Shown here one piece after another: positions 1 through 9,314 of a stretch of 56,408 nucleotides of DNA. Under the pieces are notes generated by a model. It saw only the letters and a program-made list of their open reading frames with translations, did not search any database and was not told the origin of the DNA. The position numbers and the translations under genes were made by a program. How positions within the stretch are numbered: position 1 is the first letter of the stretch; each line of letters opens with the position of its first letter. The stretch lies in the sequence record SRR2962707_5284; one strand, written 5' to 3'.

Positions 1-29
1 TGGAAGTTCGAGTCTTCTCGACCGCACCA
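1..29 (+). tRNA. 3' end of a tRNA, probably tRNA-Leu(GAG), truncated by the window edge
   Basis: GGAAG-TTCGAGT-CTTCT T-arm, then acceptor strand CGACCGC, discriminator A and CCA (27-29). Resembles alphaproteobacterial tRNA-Leu(GAG) ends from memory; the anticodon is outside the window. Confidence 0.85.
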
Positions 30-712
30 ACGAAATTTCCCGAAATATTAAATTTTTTCGACGCGCCGAAATGCGTGGGAAAACTGCGCACGGGTCTGTT
101 GGGGCTTCCTCTATTTGCTGACTATTGAGCCATTTTGGGAAAAGCTGTTACGTCAGATTTTCGAACGGACGTAACAATGGAATGGTGTACGAAAGTCAAA
201 AGAAGTGGAGCGCCGATGTTGCATGCAAAGATGTGTGCAGGGCAAAGACTTTGATAATGCGGCTGGGCAAAAATTGTTGGACTTCTGATCCTAAAATCAT
301 CCTCAAGACTTTTCCAAAATTTACATCACATATCGCAAGCTGAAGAAATGCACTTTCGCCCAGCTCGGGCAACAAAGAAATTTTAAGCCAAAAGCGCTGA
401 TACCTTTGTGTGTTGCATCATTTGTTTGGACGTTGTGTTTGCAACGATAGGAGGTCGGACGTCCGCTTTTGGAGCGAATTCGATCTCTTTCCTGTGGATG
501 TATTAAAATAACTGGGGCTTGGAGCGCCTCCACAACGGTTGGGTTGTGGTTCTTGAGGCCATACATGGTGCCAGAGCGCCCGCGTTTCGCCGAAGTTGCT
601 CGCCTGAATGGGGCGCGAAGCCTGTCTTTTTGCTTAGTGGTGTCCAACCCTGGCGACACAGAATATACAGGTCTCAATCCGGTGTTACCGCTTTCAAAAA
701 TAGGAAATAGAG

Positions 713-1042
713 ATGATCAAGCCGACTTCTTCGTTCAAGGAAAATTTGCAACTTTTGCCCTCGGTTCAAGGTGTTACGCGTATCGAAATTCTTAACGAGG
801 CGGGTACTGTTGTTGATGCTATCGAAAATGCACTTGGCAAGCAGGGCTCACTTGCTGTTTATCGATATCTTGAACAGTGTTTTGGTTCTCTCGATTCAAA
901 TGCGGCAGTTCATGGTCTCGCTGTTTTTGCCGAGCACACTGTAGATGCAAAGAACCGTCCTGGAGCGCATCCGAATATTGACCGCTTGCTGGAAATCGTC
1001 GAGGGCGGCGCTGTATTGAACGTCCGAGTTTTTGAAGCCTGA
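713..1042 (+). CDS. DUF2322 family protein
   Basis: 109 aa; FKENLQLLP...GKQGSLAVY...HPNIDRLL pattern typical of DUF2322; AGGA-like RBS upstream. Confidence 0.8.
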   Translation: MIKPTSSFKENLQLLPSVQGVTRIEILNEAGTVVDAIENALGKQGSLAVYRYLEQCFGSLDSNAAVHGLAVFAEHTVDAKNRPGAHPNIDRLLEIVEGGAVLNVRVFEA

Positions 1043-1247
1043 GAAAGCGGGGCAGGTTGGCGCGGGTTTTGTCGGTCCCTTCATAGGCTTCCTTCGGTCG
1101 ACTGCGCTGATTGTAAAGGAAATAACAAGTCAGCGCTTGGTGGCTGACATGGAGATGCGAGGAAAGGCTGAAGTTGGGCTATCGACGAATTCATGTGCGC
1201 TGCCGTAGCTCAGGCTCTTGGCGATCTGGGCCAAATTGACCCCATGT

Positions 1248-2153
1248 CTATTTGGTGATTAGCCCCTTTTTCAATTCTTGGTTCACCATACCTAAAAACG
1301 CCTCACCAAGACTGGAGAGAGGTTTGTGTGTCGGCAGAAGGACACGGTAGCGGTAGGATATTTCCGGTTCAAAAGGCCGTAGATGAATCAAACCTCGGTC
1401 ACGTAGATCGCAGGCCGTAATATGATCAATAATGGAAATTCCGGCACCGTCTGCAACCATGTTACCCAGTGCCATAGACAACTGTGTTTCGATCTGAATT
1501 TTGCGCGTGACTTTATTGGCAATGAAGATGGCATCGATCCGTTCGCGGCGGGTGTAATCGCGAGTGAAGGACACGAAATTTCGCCCTTCGAAATCTTGCG
1601 GGGTCAGTATTTCGCGCTCAAGCAGTTCATGGCCGTGAGGGAGAATGGCAACCATGGGCGCGTCATGAAGTATCTGGGTGGTGACGGCCGGGTGATTGGT
1701 TCCAATTTCCGCAAAGCCGAAATCAAACTGTTGCGATGCAACGCATTGGACCACGCGCTGCGATCCTTCAATCTGCATGCTGATCGAAATGTCCGGGCGG
1801 TCCTGACAAAATTTCGCAATCATGCGCGGTAAGAATTCCAGCGCCATGGCTGGCAGGCTGACCAAATGTAAGGACCCACGTCTGAAATTGCCAATATCCC
1901 GGGCAGCTTCTGCGATCGTTTCAATGCCAATGAAGGATCGATTGACTTCTTCAAATAGGGCCAGCGCAGCAGGTGTGGGGTAAAGCCGCTTTTTCTCACG
2001 CAAAAATAACGAGTAGCCGACGCTTAGTTCCAAATCCGAAATCAACCGACTTACAGCAGGTTGTGTCACGTTTATGCGTTTGCCCGCCTCAGTGACGCTG
2101 CCTGTTTCAACCAACGCGTGAAACGCTTCCAGCTGGCGATGATGTAACTTCAT
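1248..2153 (-). CDS. LysR family regulator, OccR/NocR-like
   Basis: RQLEAFHAL...GSVTEAG...VTQPAVSRLISDLE HTH; divergent from the ABC/opine dehydrogenase operon. Confidence 0.92.
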   Translation of the reverse strand: MKLHHRQLEAFHALVETGSVTEAGKRINVTQPAVSRLISDLELSVGYSLFLREKKRLYPTPAALALFEEVNRSFIGIETIAEAARDIGNFRRGSLHLVSLPAMALEFLPRMIAKFCQDRPDISISMQIEGSQRVVQCVASQQFDFGFAEIGTNHPAVTTQILHDAPMVAILPHGHELLEREILTPQDFEGRNFVSFTRDYTRRERIDAIFIANKVTRKIQIETQLSMALGNMVADGAGISIIDHITACDLRDRGLIHLRPFEPEISYRYRVLLPTHKPLSSLGEAFLGMVNQELKKGLITK

Positions 2154-2181
2154 GGTGGTAACTACCTTGATTTCGAAAAAT

Positions 2182-2228
2182 CATAACATTTAGGCATGTT
2201 AATGGCAATAAAGTGAATTTGACTTATG
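2182..2228. promoter_or_regulatory. Putative LysR (OccR-type) operator in the divergent promoter
   Basis: CATAACATTTAGGCATG is an imperfect ATAA-N7-TTAT/T-N11-A site; a second AT-rich half ends in TTATG. Confidence 0.45.
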
Positions 2229-2321
2229 TTGTTTAGGTGGCGCTACTGTTGCTCGTAATAATAAGCGGGTCCGCTCAAATGGAATCCGTATTTACACTGT
2301 CCACAACACGGAGTTCAGAAA

Positions 2322-3350
2322 ATGCACAAAAAAATAGTCGCGGCCAGCTTGATCACAATCTGCTCGACAGCTGCCTACGCCGAAGGCGAAACGCTTTATC
2401 TTGGCGCATACGGCGGTTCGACAGAGACACTTTTCAACGAAACAATTATTCCCCTGTGGGAAGCAAAAACCGGTGCGAAAGTCGTCTACGTGCCTGGAAA
2501 GTCCACCGACACACTTGCGAAACTTCGTGCTCAAGAAGGCGCGCAAGAACTTGATGTTGTCTTTATCGATGACGGCCCCATGACCCAAGCCATTGGCTTT
2601 GGCTATTGCGAAACCGTGAATGAGACCACTTTTGACGGTCTGTATGCGGCGGCCCGGATGCCCGAAAGCAAAGCTGTTGGCGTCGGCATCATCGCAACCG
2701 GCCTCGCGTACAACGCCGACGTTTTTGCTGAAAAGGGTTGGGATGCACCGACATCATGGACCGATTTGGCAGATGCAAAATACAAGGACATGCTGTCCAT
2801 TCCACCGATCACTAACGGCTATGGTCTTCATGCTCTGATCGCTACAGCCATGATGAATGGGGGCGGTGTCAACGACATCGAGCCTGGTTTTAAAGCGTTT
2901 GAAGACACCATTGCGGACAACGTCAAAGTTTTCGAGCCGTCTTCTGGCAAAATGTCCGAACTATTTCAAACCGGTGAAATCGCTCTTTCCGTTTGGGGCA
3001 GCGGCCGTTTGAAAGCTCTCGCCGATTCCGGTTTCCCGGGTGCGTTTGCCTATCCAAAAGAAGGTGGCATTAAGCTACTTGTCACAACTTGCCCAGTCGT
3101 CGGGTCAGATGTGCCTGAACTGGCGCAAGATTTCATTCAGTTCGTGACCTCCGCAGAAGCCCAAAAATCGATCGCAACGACGCTGGCTTGGGCACCGGTC
3201 AACAAAAGTGTTGAACTGACAGCCGAAGAAAGCTCTGCACTGCCTGTCGGCCCTGAAATCGTCGATAACCTGATTGAGATCGATTACTCGGTCGTAAATT
3301 CGGCCCGTGGCGAGTGGACAAAATCTTGGACACGCCGCATCGAGCGGTAA
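2322..3350 (+). CDS. ABC transporter substrate-binding protein (PotD/PotF-like, SBP family 6/8)
   Basis: Signal peptide MHKKIVAASLITICSTAAYA; YGGS, PTSWTDL and YPKEG motifs; GGAG RBS. Confidence 0.92.
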   Translation: MHKKIVAASLITICSTAAYAEGETLYLGAYGGSTETLFNETIIPLWEAKTGAKVVYVPGKSTDTLAKLRAQEGAQELDVVFIDDGPMTQAIGFGYCETVNETTFDGLYAAARMPESKAVGVGIIATGLAYNADVFAEKGWDAPTSWTDLADAKYKDMLSIPPITNGYGLHALIATAMMNGGGVNDIEPGFKAFEDTIADNVKVFEPSSGKMSELFQTGEIALSVWGSGRLKALADSGFPGAFAYPKEGGIKLLVTTCPVVGSDVPELAQDFIQFVTSAEAQKSIATTLAWAPVNKSVELTAEESSALPVGPEIVDNLIEIDYSVVNSARGEWTKSWTRRIER

Positions 3351-3372
3351 GTCTTTTCTGTCTTTAAAAAGT

Positions 3373-3401
3373 CAGGCGCGCTTAACACGCGTGCGCGCCT
3401 G
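3373..3401 (+). other. Intergenic stem-loop after the SBP gene (mRNA stabiliser/attenuator)
   Basis: CAGGCGCGC-N11-GCGCGCCTG perfect 9-bp inverted repeat. Confidence 0.5.
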
Positions 3402-3427
3402 TGATCTCTCATACTCAGGGCCGTTGC

Positions 3428-4474
3428 ATGTCTTTTCTACAATTTGATTCACTCCGCAAAGAATTCGGGGACTTTGTTGCAGTTCACGATATGAGCCTCA
3501 GCGTTGAGCGTGGTGAATTCATTTCACTGCTTGGCCCATCTGGCTGTGGCAAAACCACGACCTTGCAAATGGTTGCTGGTCTTTTGTCGCCGACCTCCGG
3601 AAAAGTTATTCTGGATGGCAAAGACATTACCAATACGCCGCCGAATAAACGTGGCCTTGGGATCGTATTTCAAAGCTACGCGCTGTTCCCGCATATGTCT
3701 GCGACGGACAATGTTGCTTTTGGTCTGGAAATGCGCGGAATTGGCAAGGAAGAACGGTTGGAGCGTGCAAAGAACGCGCTAAATCAAGTGAAACTGGGCC
3801 AGTTCGCTGACCGGTTTCCAAAGGATATGTCAGGTGGGCAACGTCAACGGGTCGCTTTGGCCCGTGCCTTAGTAATCGAACCGCCCGTGCTTTTGCTTGA
3901 TGAGCCTTTGTCAAATTTGGACGCGAAACTGCGCGAAGAAATGCGCATCGAATTACGTCTGTTGCAACAGGACCTTGGCGTCACAACCATTCTTGTTACC
4001 CACGATCAAGAAGAAGCGCTGTCGATGAGTGACCGCATTGTTGTTATGCAGCAAGGTGATGTGTCGCAAGTCGCGGCTCCCCTTGATCTATATGAACGCC
4101 CAAAGAACACTTTTGTGTCTGATTTTGTTGGTAAAACAAACATCCTATCGGGCCAGATTACCGACCGGAACACCGTCTCGGTCAAAGGAACGCAGTTCCG
4201 TGTTAACACGGATCAGCATGAGATTGGCGCAGATGTGAAGCTGTGCATTCGACCCGAGAAATTCACCATGTCGGCAGACAACGCAGGACTTCAAGTGCGC
4301 GTGAAAGCGTCGATTTTTATGGGTGCGAGTTGGCTTTACAGCGTTGAAAGCGACATGGGTGAACTGTTCGTCACGCAGCCCAACACTGGAACCGCTGGGT
4401 TTGGCCGTGGCGATGTTGCCTACCTTTCGTGGGAAGAGGGCGCGCTTACCGTGTTTGGCGGAGCACAGGCATGA
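3428..4474 (+). CDS. ABC transporter ATP-binding protein (PotA-like)
   Basis: Walker A GPSGCGKT, MSGGQRQRVALARA, LLLDEP, VTHDQEEA, C-terminal TOBE; ATG 3428 preferred to GTG 3401. Confidence 0.95.
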   Translation: MSFLQFDSLRKEFGDFVAVHDMSLSVERGEFISLLGPSGCGKTTTLQMVAGLLSPTSGKVILDGKDITNTPPNKRGLGIVFQSYALFPHMSATDNVAFGLEMRGIGKEERLERAKNALNQVKLGQFADRFPKDMSGGQRQRVALARALVIEPPVLLLDEPLSNLDAKLREEMRIELRLLQQDLGVTTILVTHDQEEALSMSDRIVVMQQGDVSQVAAPLDLYERPKNTFVSDFVGKTNILSGQITDRNTVSVKGTQFRVNTDQHEIGADVKLCIRPEKFTMSADNAGLQVRVKASIFMGASWLYSVESDMGELFVTQPNTGTAGFGRGDVAYLSWEEGALTVFGGAQA

Positions 4475-5334
4475 GTACCGAAAAGACCTCAAACACCCCG
4501 TATCTGCTTACGGCACCGGGCGTTCTTTTTTTCGCCGCGCTTTTGGGCGCGCCGATGATCATGACGCTGCTGTTAAGTTTGCATTCCTATGACTTTAACT
4601 TAGGCGTTCAAGCTGACTGGACCCTGGGCAACTACGCCGAAGTGATCGGTGATGAGTATTTTCAGAAAATCTTTGGCCGCACTTTCGGTTTGGCGCTTTG
4701 GGTAACCATTATCTGCGTCGTGATTGGTGTGCCAGAAGCCTATGTGCTGTCACGTCTGAGCCCGCGCTGGCGGTCCATTTTCCTACTCATTGTGCTGGGT
4801 CCATTGTTGATCTCAGTGGTTGTCCGCACACTCGGCTGGGCGCTGTTCTTCGGGGGCAGCGGCATTCTGACCATGATCGCGCAATCCTTGGGGTTTAGCG
4901 ATAAACCCGTCAGTTTGATGTTCACCTTTACAGGGATGACGATTGCATTGGTGCATGTCTTGGTACCCTTCATGGTGATATCTGTCTGGGCGTCATTGCA
5001 GAAAATTGACCCTCAAAGCGAAGATGCTGCCTATAGCCTTGGCGCATCTAAACTGACGGTTTTGCGCCGCATCACCTTACCGCAGGCCATGCCCGGCATT
5101 TTGTCTGGTAGCATCATTGTTTTTGCGCTGACTGCCAGTGCCTTTGCGACCCCTGCGATCATCGGAGGACGGCGTCTCAAAGTTGTGGCAACCGCGGCCT
5201 ACGATGAATATCTCAGCACGCTCAACTGGCCGCTTGGCGCGGCGATTGCCATCCTTCTTCTCGTTGCAAATATCGTGATCATCGTCAGCTACAACAAGCT
5301 GATTGAACGCCGCTTTGCCAAAGTATTCGAATAG
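4471..5334 (+). CDS. ABC transporter permease (PotB-like)
   Basis: Multiple TM segments, EAA loop EDAAYSLGAS; ATGA overlap with the upstream stop. Confidence 0.93.
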   Translation: MSTEKTSNTPYLLTAPGVLFFAALLGAPMIMTLLLSLHSYDFNLGVQADWTLGNYAEVIGDEYFQKIFGRTFGLALWVTIICVVIGVPEAYVLSRLSPRWRSIFLLIVLGPLLISVVVRTLGWALFFGGSGILTMIAQSLGFSDKPVSLMFTFTGMTIALVHVLVPFMVISVWASLQKIDPQSEDAAYSLGASKLTVLRRITLPQAMPGILSGSIIVFALTASAFATPAIIGGRRLKVVATAAYDEYLSTLNWPLGAAIAILLLVANIVIIVSYNKLIERRFAKVFE

Positions 5335-5343
5335 GAACTTGTC

Positions 5344-6138
5344 ATGAGAAAACTTGGACCTATTGCCCTTATTTTTCACGCGATATTTGTGGCCTTCATC
5401 TTGGCGCCGCTGTTGATGGTGATCGCGGTGTCCTTCACCGACAAGGGCTATTTATCCCTTCCAACGGACGGGCTGTCTTTGCGTTGGTTCAAAGCCATCT
5501 TGGACAATCCGGACTTTATCGAAGCCTTTGGTATGTCCGTCTGGCTGGCGCTGTTTTCGGCCACGGTTGCTGTCATCATCTCTGTACCCGCAGCGCTTGC
5601 TCTGGCGCGGCACAAATTTCCGGGGCGTGAATTGATCTCGGCCTTTTTGCTGTCACCGCTCATGATCCCGCATCTTGTTTTGGGCGTCGCCTTTTTGCAG
5701 TTCTATTCCAAAATCGGACTGGGTGGATCGTTCTTTGGTCTGGCCGCTGCGCATATCATTTTGGTCACCCCTTATGCGTTGCGTTTGGCCTTGGCCTCGG
5801 CCACGGGCATGTCGACAGAGGCAGAGCAAGCCGCGATGACACTTGGGGCGTCCAAGTTTACGGTATTCCGCCGCATCACCATTCCGCTAATCTTGCCCGG
5901 CATTGCAGGTGGTTGGATTTTGTCATTCATCACCAGCTTTGATGAACTAACGATGAGCGTGTTTGTCGCGTCGCCATCGACGCAAACACTGCCTGTTAAG
6001 ATGTACAATCACATCACCCAGACGATTGACCCGCTGATTGCCTCTGTTTCAACCGTTCTTATCGTTTTGACCTTTTTGTTGATGCTGGTTCTGGATCGGT
6101 TCTACGGGCTTGATAAGATCTTCATTGGGAAAGGGTAA
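5344..6138 (+). CDS. ABC transporter permease (PotC-like)
   Basis: GLSLRWF, EQAAMTLGAS, FITSFDE, TLPV motifs. Confidence 0.93.
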   Translation: MRKLGPIALIFHAIFVAFILAPLLMVIAVSFTDKGYLSLPTDGLSLRWFKAILDNPDFIEAFGMSVWLALFSATVAVIISVPAALALARHKFPGRELISAFLLSPLMIPHLVLGVAFLQFYSKIGLGGSFFGLAAAHIILVTPYALRLALASATGMSTEAEQAAMTLGASKFTVFRRITIPLILPGIAGGWILSFITSFDELTMSVFVASPSTQTLPVKMYNHITQTIDPLIASVSTVLIVLTFLLMLVLDRFYGLDKIFIGKG

Positions 6139-6141
6139 CGG

Positions 6142-7236
6142 ATGTCCGTTGTCATTGTGGGCGGTGGTGTTGTCGGCCTGTCCATCGCTTACGGCCTATT
6201 GAAGACCGGCCAATCCGTCATCGTTCTAGACGGGGCCGAAGATGATTTTCGGGCTTCGCGTGGCAACTTTGGCCTGATCTGGGTCCAAGGAAAAGGTGCG
6301 ACGGCCCCTGCGTATGCGGCGTGGTCACGTCGATCTGCCGCGCTTTGGCAGGATTATGCCCATGATCTGCTTGAAGAAACGGGCGTTGACGTCTCGCTGA
6401 GCCAAACAGGCGGCATCGAGTATTTTACCGATGCCGCAGAGCTTGAGGCCTATGTCGCGGGACTAACGCAGCTGCGCGAGGCTTTGGAAGACGATTACCC
6501 GTTCGATGTTTTGGACAGAGCTGCGATGAAAAAACACGTGCCCGAAATCGGAGACAAGGTGATCGGGGGTGTTTTCTCAATCATGGATGGCCATGTGAAT
6601 CCTCTCGATTTGCTGCGCGCTCTTACTATTGCTGTGCGCAAAGCCGGTGGCAAAATCGTTACCGGCGCCGAGGTCGTAGATATTGAACCTGATGACGACG
6701 GATTTGCAGCTGTGCTGAAAAATGGCTCCAAAGTCGAAGGGGAGCGATTGATCTTGGCGGCCGGGCTTGGGGCTTTACAGCTGGGCCATAAGCTTGGGTT
6801 TTCCACGCCTATTCGCCCCCAGCAAGGGCAGGTTTTGATCACCGAAAGGCTGCCGCATTTCCTGCGCTACCCATCGGGGACAATTCGGCAGGTCAATGAA
6901 GGCGGCGTGCAAATTGGTGCGAGCAAAGCCGAGGTTGGAATGAACGATGGCATCGACATTCCAACCATCGCCGAACTGGCCAAACACGCCACGGACATCT
7001 TCCCCCATTTAGGTCAGGTGAAACTTGTGCGCAGTTGGGCCGCGTTGCGCGTCATGTCAGAAGATGGCCTGCCGATTTATCAACGTTCCGCCAAATTTCC
7101 ACGCGCGTCCTTCGTGACCTGCCACAGCGGTATAACGCTGTCTGCGGTTCATGCGCGTCTTCTTCCCGATTGGATACTAGAGCGTAATACCGCGCCCGAT
7201 CTGTCCCACTTTAGCGAAAGTCGTTTCAATGTTTAA
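6142..7236 (+). CDS. FAD-dependent oxidoreductase, opine dehydrogenase beta (OoxB/OdhB, HcnC-like)
   Basis: GGGVVG, ASRGNFGLIWVQGKG, CHSGITL. Confidence 0.88.
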   Translation: MSVVIVGGGVVGLSIAYGLLKTGQSVIVLDGAEDDFRASRGNFGLIWVQGKGATAPAYAAWSRRSAALWQDYAHDLLEETGVDVSLSQTGGIEYFTDAAELEAYVAGLTQLREALEDDYPFDVLDRAAMKKHVPEIGDKVIGGVFSIMDGHVNPLDLLRALTIAVRKAGGKIVTGAEVVDIEPDDDGFAAVLKNGSKVEGERLILAAGLGALQLGHKLGFSTPIRPQQGQVLITERLPHFLRYPSGTIRQVNEGGVQIGASKAEVGMNDGIDIPTIAELAKHATDIFPHLGQVKLVRSWAALRVMSEDGLPIYQRSAKFPRASFVTCHSGITLSAVHARLLPDWILERNTAPDLSHFSESRFNV

Positions 7237-7525
7237 ACCGCTTGCGACCCCAAGCACCGAGGATCAAGTGTCCTTTACATTCGATGGCCAACCCGTTGCA
7301 GCTCAGCGTGGCATGAGCGTCGCGGGTGCCTTGTTCCAAAGTGGCACCAATGCTGTTCGCACCACTCCCGTCAGCGGATCGGCCCGCGGGCCGTTTTGTA
7401 TGATGGGGGCCTGTTATGACTGTTTGGTGCAGATCAACGGGGTGACTGTTCAAGCCTGCCAAATTCCGGTGGCCGATGGGCTTGTTGTGGCTCGGGTTCC
7501 CAATACGCATAAAGGGGCACGGTGA
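7229..7525 (+). CDS. [2Fe-2S] subunit (OdhC/HcnA-like)
   Basis: RGPFCMMGACYDCLV...QACQ four-Cys motif. Confidence 0.88.
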   Translation: MFKPLATPSTEDQVSFTFDGQPVAAQRGMSVAGALFQSGTNAVRTTPVSGSARGPFCMMGACYDCLVQINGVTVQACQIPVADGLVVARVPNTHKGAR

Positions 7526-8925
7526 TGCACAGCCATTTTGATATCGTGGTCGTCGGGGCCGGGCCTGCGGGCATGTCCGCCGCAATCCAAGCGGCCAAAC
7601 ACGGAGCAGCTGTGTGTCTGCTAGATGAGCAGCTGCGTGCAGGTGGCCAGATCTACCGCAATGTTTCGAACACCAAGCCGACGCAGGCGAAGATACTGGG
7701 TAAGGATTACCTTGCAGGCCGCAAGCTTGTGCAAGAGCTGGAGCAAGCCTCGGTTGATCATCGCGCCGGTGTCACTGTCTGGAATGTTGGCGAAGACGGG
7801 GCTGTTACGTACAGTCGTAATGAGCAAGCACAACAAGTGCAGGGGCGACACGTTATTTTGGCCACTGGTGCCATTGAACGCCCGGTTCCCATTCCGGGCT
7901 GGACGCTTCCGGGTGTGATCACTGCCGGGGCCGCGCAGATCATGATGAAAAGCGAAGGGCTCGTGGCCCAGAATGCCGTTCTCGTGGGCTCAGGACCTTT
8001 GCTTTACTTGGTGGCCACGCAACTTTTGGCGGCAGGTGCGCCTCCGAAAGCCTTGGTTGAGACGCAAACGCGGCAAAACCTGATGTCAGCGATGCCACAT
8101 TTTTGGGGTGCCGTGAAAGACTGGAAACAGCTTGCCAAGGGCATGCGTTTTCTTTGGGCGCTTAAGCGTGCGAAAGTACCGCGTTTCACCGCCGCCACGG
8201 ATATCGCAGTTGAAGGCACCGATCATGCGCAAGCCGTGACATTCCGTGCGGGTGGCACAGAACATCGGATCGAAGCCGATATGGTTCTTTTGCACCAAGG
8301 CGTTGTTCCTAATACGCAAATCAGCCGATCTTTGCGGCTCGATCATCGCTTTGATGGCATTCAAAGGTGCTTCCATCCGGTCACAGATACGTTGGGCCAA
8401 ACCTCACATCCGATGTTTTCCATCGCAGGGGATGGGGCTGGGATTGGTGGCGCAAAAGTTGCGGCCATTTTGGGGCGGCTCTCTGCCCTGAACGCCTTAG
8501 CCCGTGTTGGCAAGATTGAGGATACATTGAGAGACAAAAAGGCCATTGACCTGATCAAGGCCCGCCAGTCTGAATTGTCCATTCGACCGTTCTTGGATGT
8601 GCTTTATTCGCCGCCAGAGTCGATCTTTTTGCCCGAGGATGACACGATCATTTGCCGCTGTGAAGAAGTGCGGGCGGGCGACATCCGGAAATTCGCGGCG
8701 ATGGGATGCGAAGGTCCCAACCGCACCAAGGTTTTTGGCCGCTGTGGTATGGGGCCATGCCAAGGGCGTAACTGTGGCCTGACCGTCACTGAAATCTTAG
8801 CCGCAGAACACAAGCACACACAGGATGAGGTTGGGGCCTTCCGTATTCGCGCGCCTCTCAAACCTGTCACCTTGTCAGAGCTTGCAGCGCTGACAGACAC
8901 AAAGTCTAAGGAAACCACTCAATGA
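7522..8925 (+). CDS. Opine dehydrogenase alpha subunit (OoxA/OdhA, HcnB-like), NAD(P)/FAD oxidoreductase with BFD-like Fe-S tail
   Basis: GAGPAG, GGQIYR, ATGAIER, ICRCEEV, RCGMGPCQGRNC, RAPLKPV. Confidence 0.9.
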   Translation: MMHSHFDIVVVGAGPAGMSAAIQAAKHGAAVCLLDEQLRAGGQIYRNVSNTKPTQAKILGKDYLAGRKLVQELEQASVDHRAGVTVWNVGEDGAVTYSRNEQAQQVQGRHVILATGAIERPVPIPGWTLPGVITAGAAQIMMKSEGLVAQNAVLVGSGPLLYLVATQLLAAGAPPKALVETQTRQNLMSAMPHFWGAVKDWKQLAKGMRFLWALKRAKVPRFTAATDIAVEGTDHAQAVTFRAGGTEHRIEADMVLLHQGVVPNTQISRSLRLDHRFDGIQRCFHPVTDTLGQTSHPMFSIAGDGAGIGGAKVAAILGRLSALNALARVGKIEDTLRDKKAIDLIKARQSELSIRPFLDVLYSPPESIFLPEDDTIICRCEEVRAGDIRKFAAMGCEGPNRTKVFGRCGMGPCQGRNCGLTVTEILAAEHKHTQDEVGAFRIRAPLKPVTLSELAALTDTKSKETTQ

Positions 8926-9266
8926 TCGAGCGCCTCCATACAGCAACTAAGATGAGTAAAATCGTCAAACACAACGGTGTCGCCTATCTGTGTGGCCAGG
9001 TGGGTGAGGGCGCAACCGTAACCGATCAAACGATCGAAACCTTATCGCGGGTCGATGCCCTACTGGCCGAGGCCGGGTCCTCGCGCAAGCACATTTTGCA
9101 AGCGATAATCTGGCTGGCAGATATGAAGGACGTCGCAGAAATGAACGCCGTTTGGAACGAGTGGATGCCAGAAGGGTTTGCGCCGGCCCGGGCCTGCGGC
9201 GAAGCAAAACTTGGACGCCCAGAATTGAAAGTCGAAGTCATCATTACAGCCGCTTACGAAGACTAA
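8922..9266 (+). CDS. RidA/YjgF/UK114 family protein
   Basis: YLCGQV, MNAVWNEW, APARAC, VEVII. Confidence 0.9.
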   Translation: MIERLHTATKMSKIVKHNGVAYLCGQVGEGATVTDQTIETLSRVDALLAEAGSSRKHILQAIIWLADMKDVAEMNAVWNEWMPEGFAPARACGEAKLGRPELKVEVIITAAYED

Positions 9267-9314
9267 AAGACAAGATGATCGCTTCAAACGATCATCCCTA
9301 TTGCGAGGCAACAC

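Noticed and set aside
30-712. Short ORFs after the tRNA (125-343, 321-677, 469-795, 519-710) as integrase remnants
   Set aside because: No tyrosine or serine recombinase motifs recognisable; no coherent RBS or family signal.
8720-8729. ACCGCACCA match to the tRNA 3' end as attR
   Set aside because: Only 9 bp and inside an intact CDS; expected by chance.
6142-8925. Hydrogen cyanide synthase hcnABC
   Set aside because: Same families, but the gene order, second beta subunit, Rid gene, ABC importer and OccR-like regulator point to catabolism.
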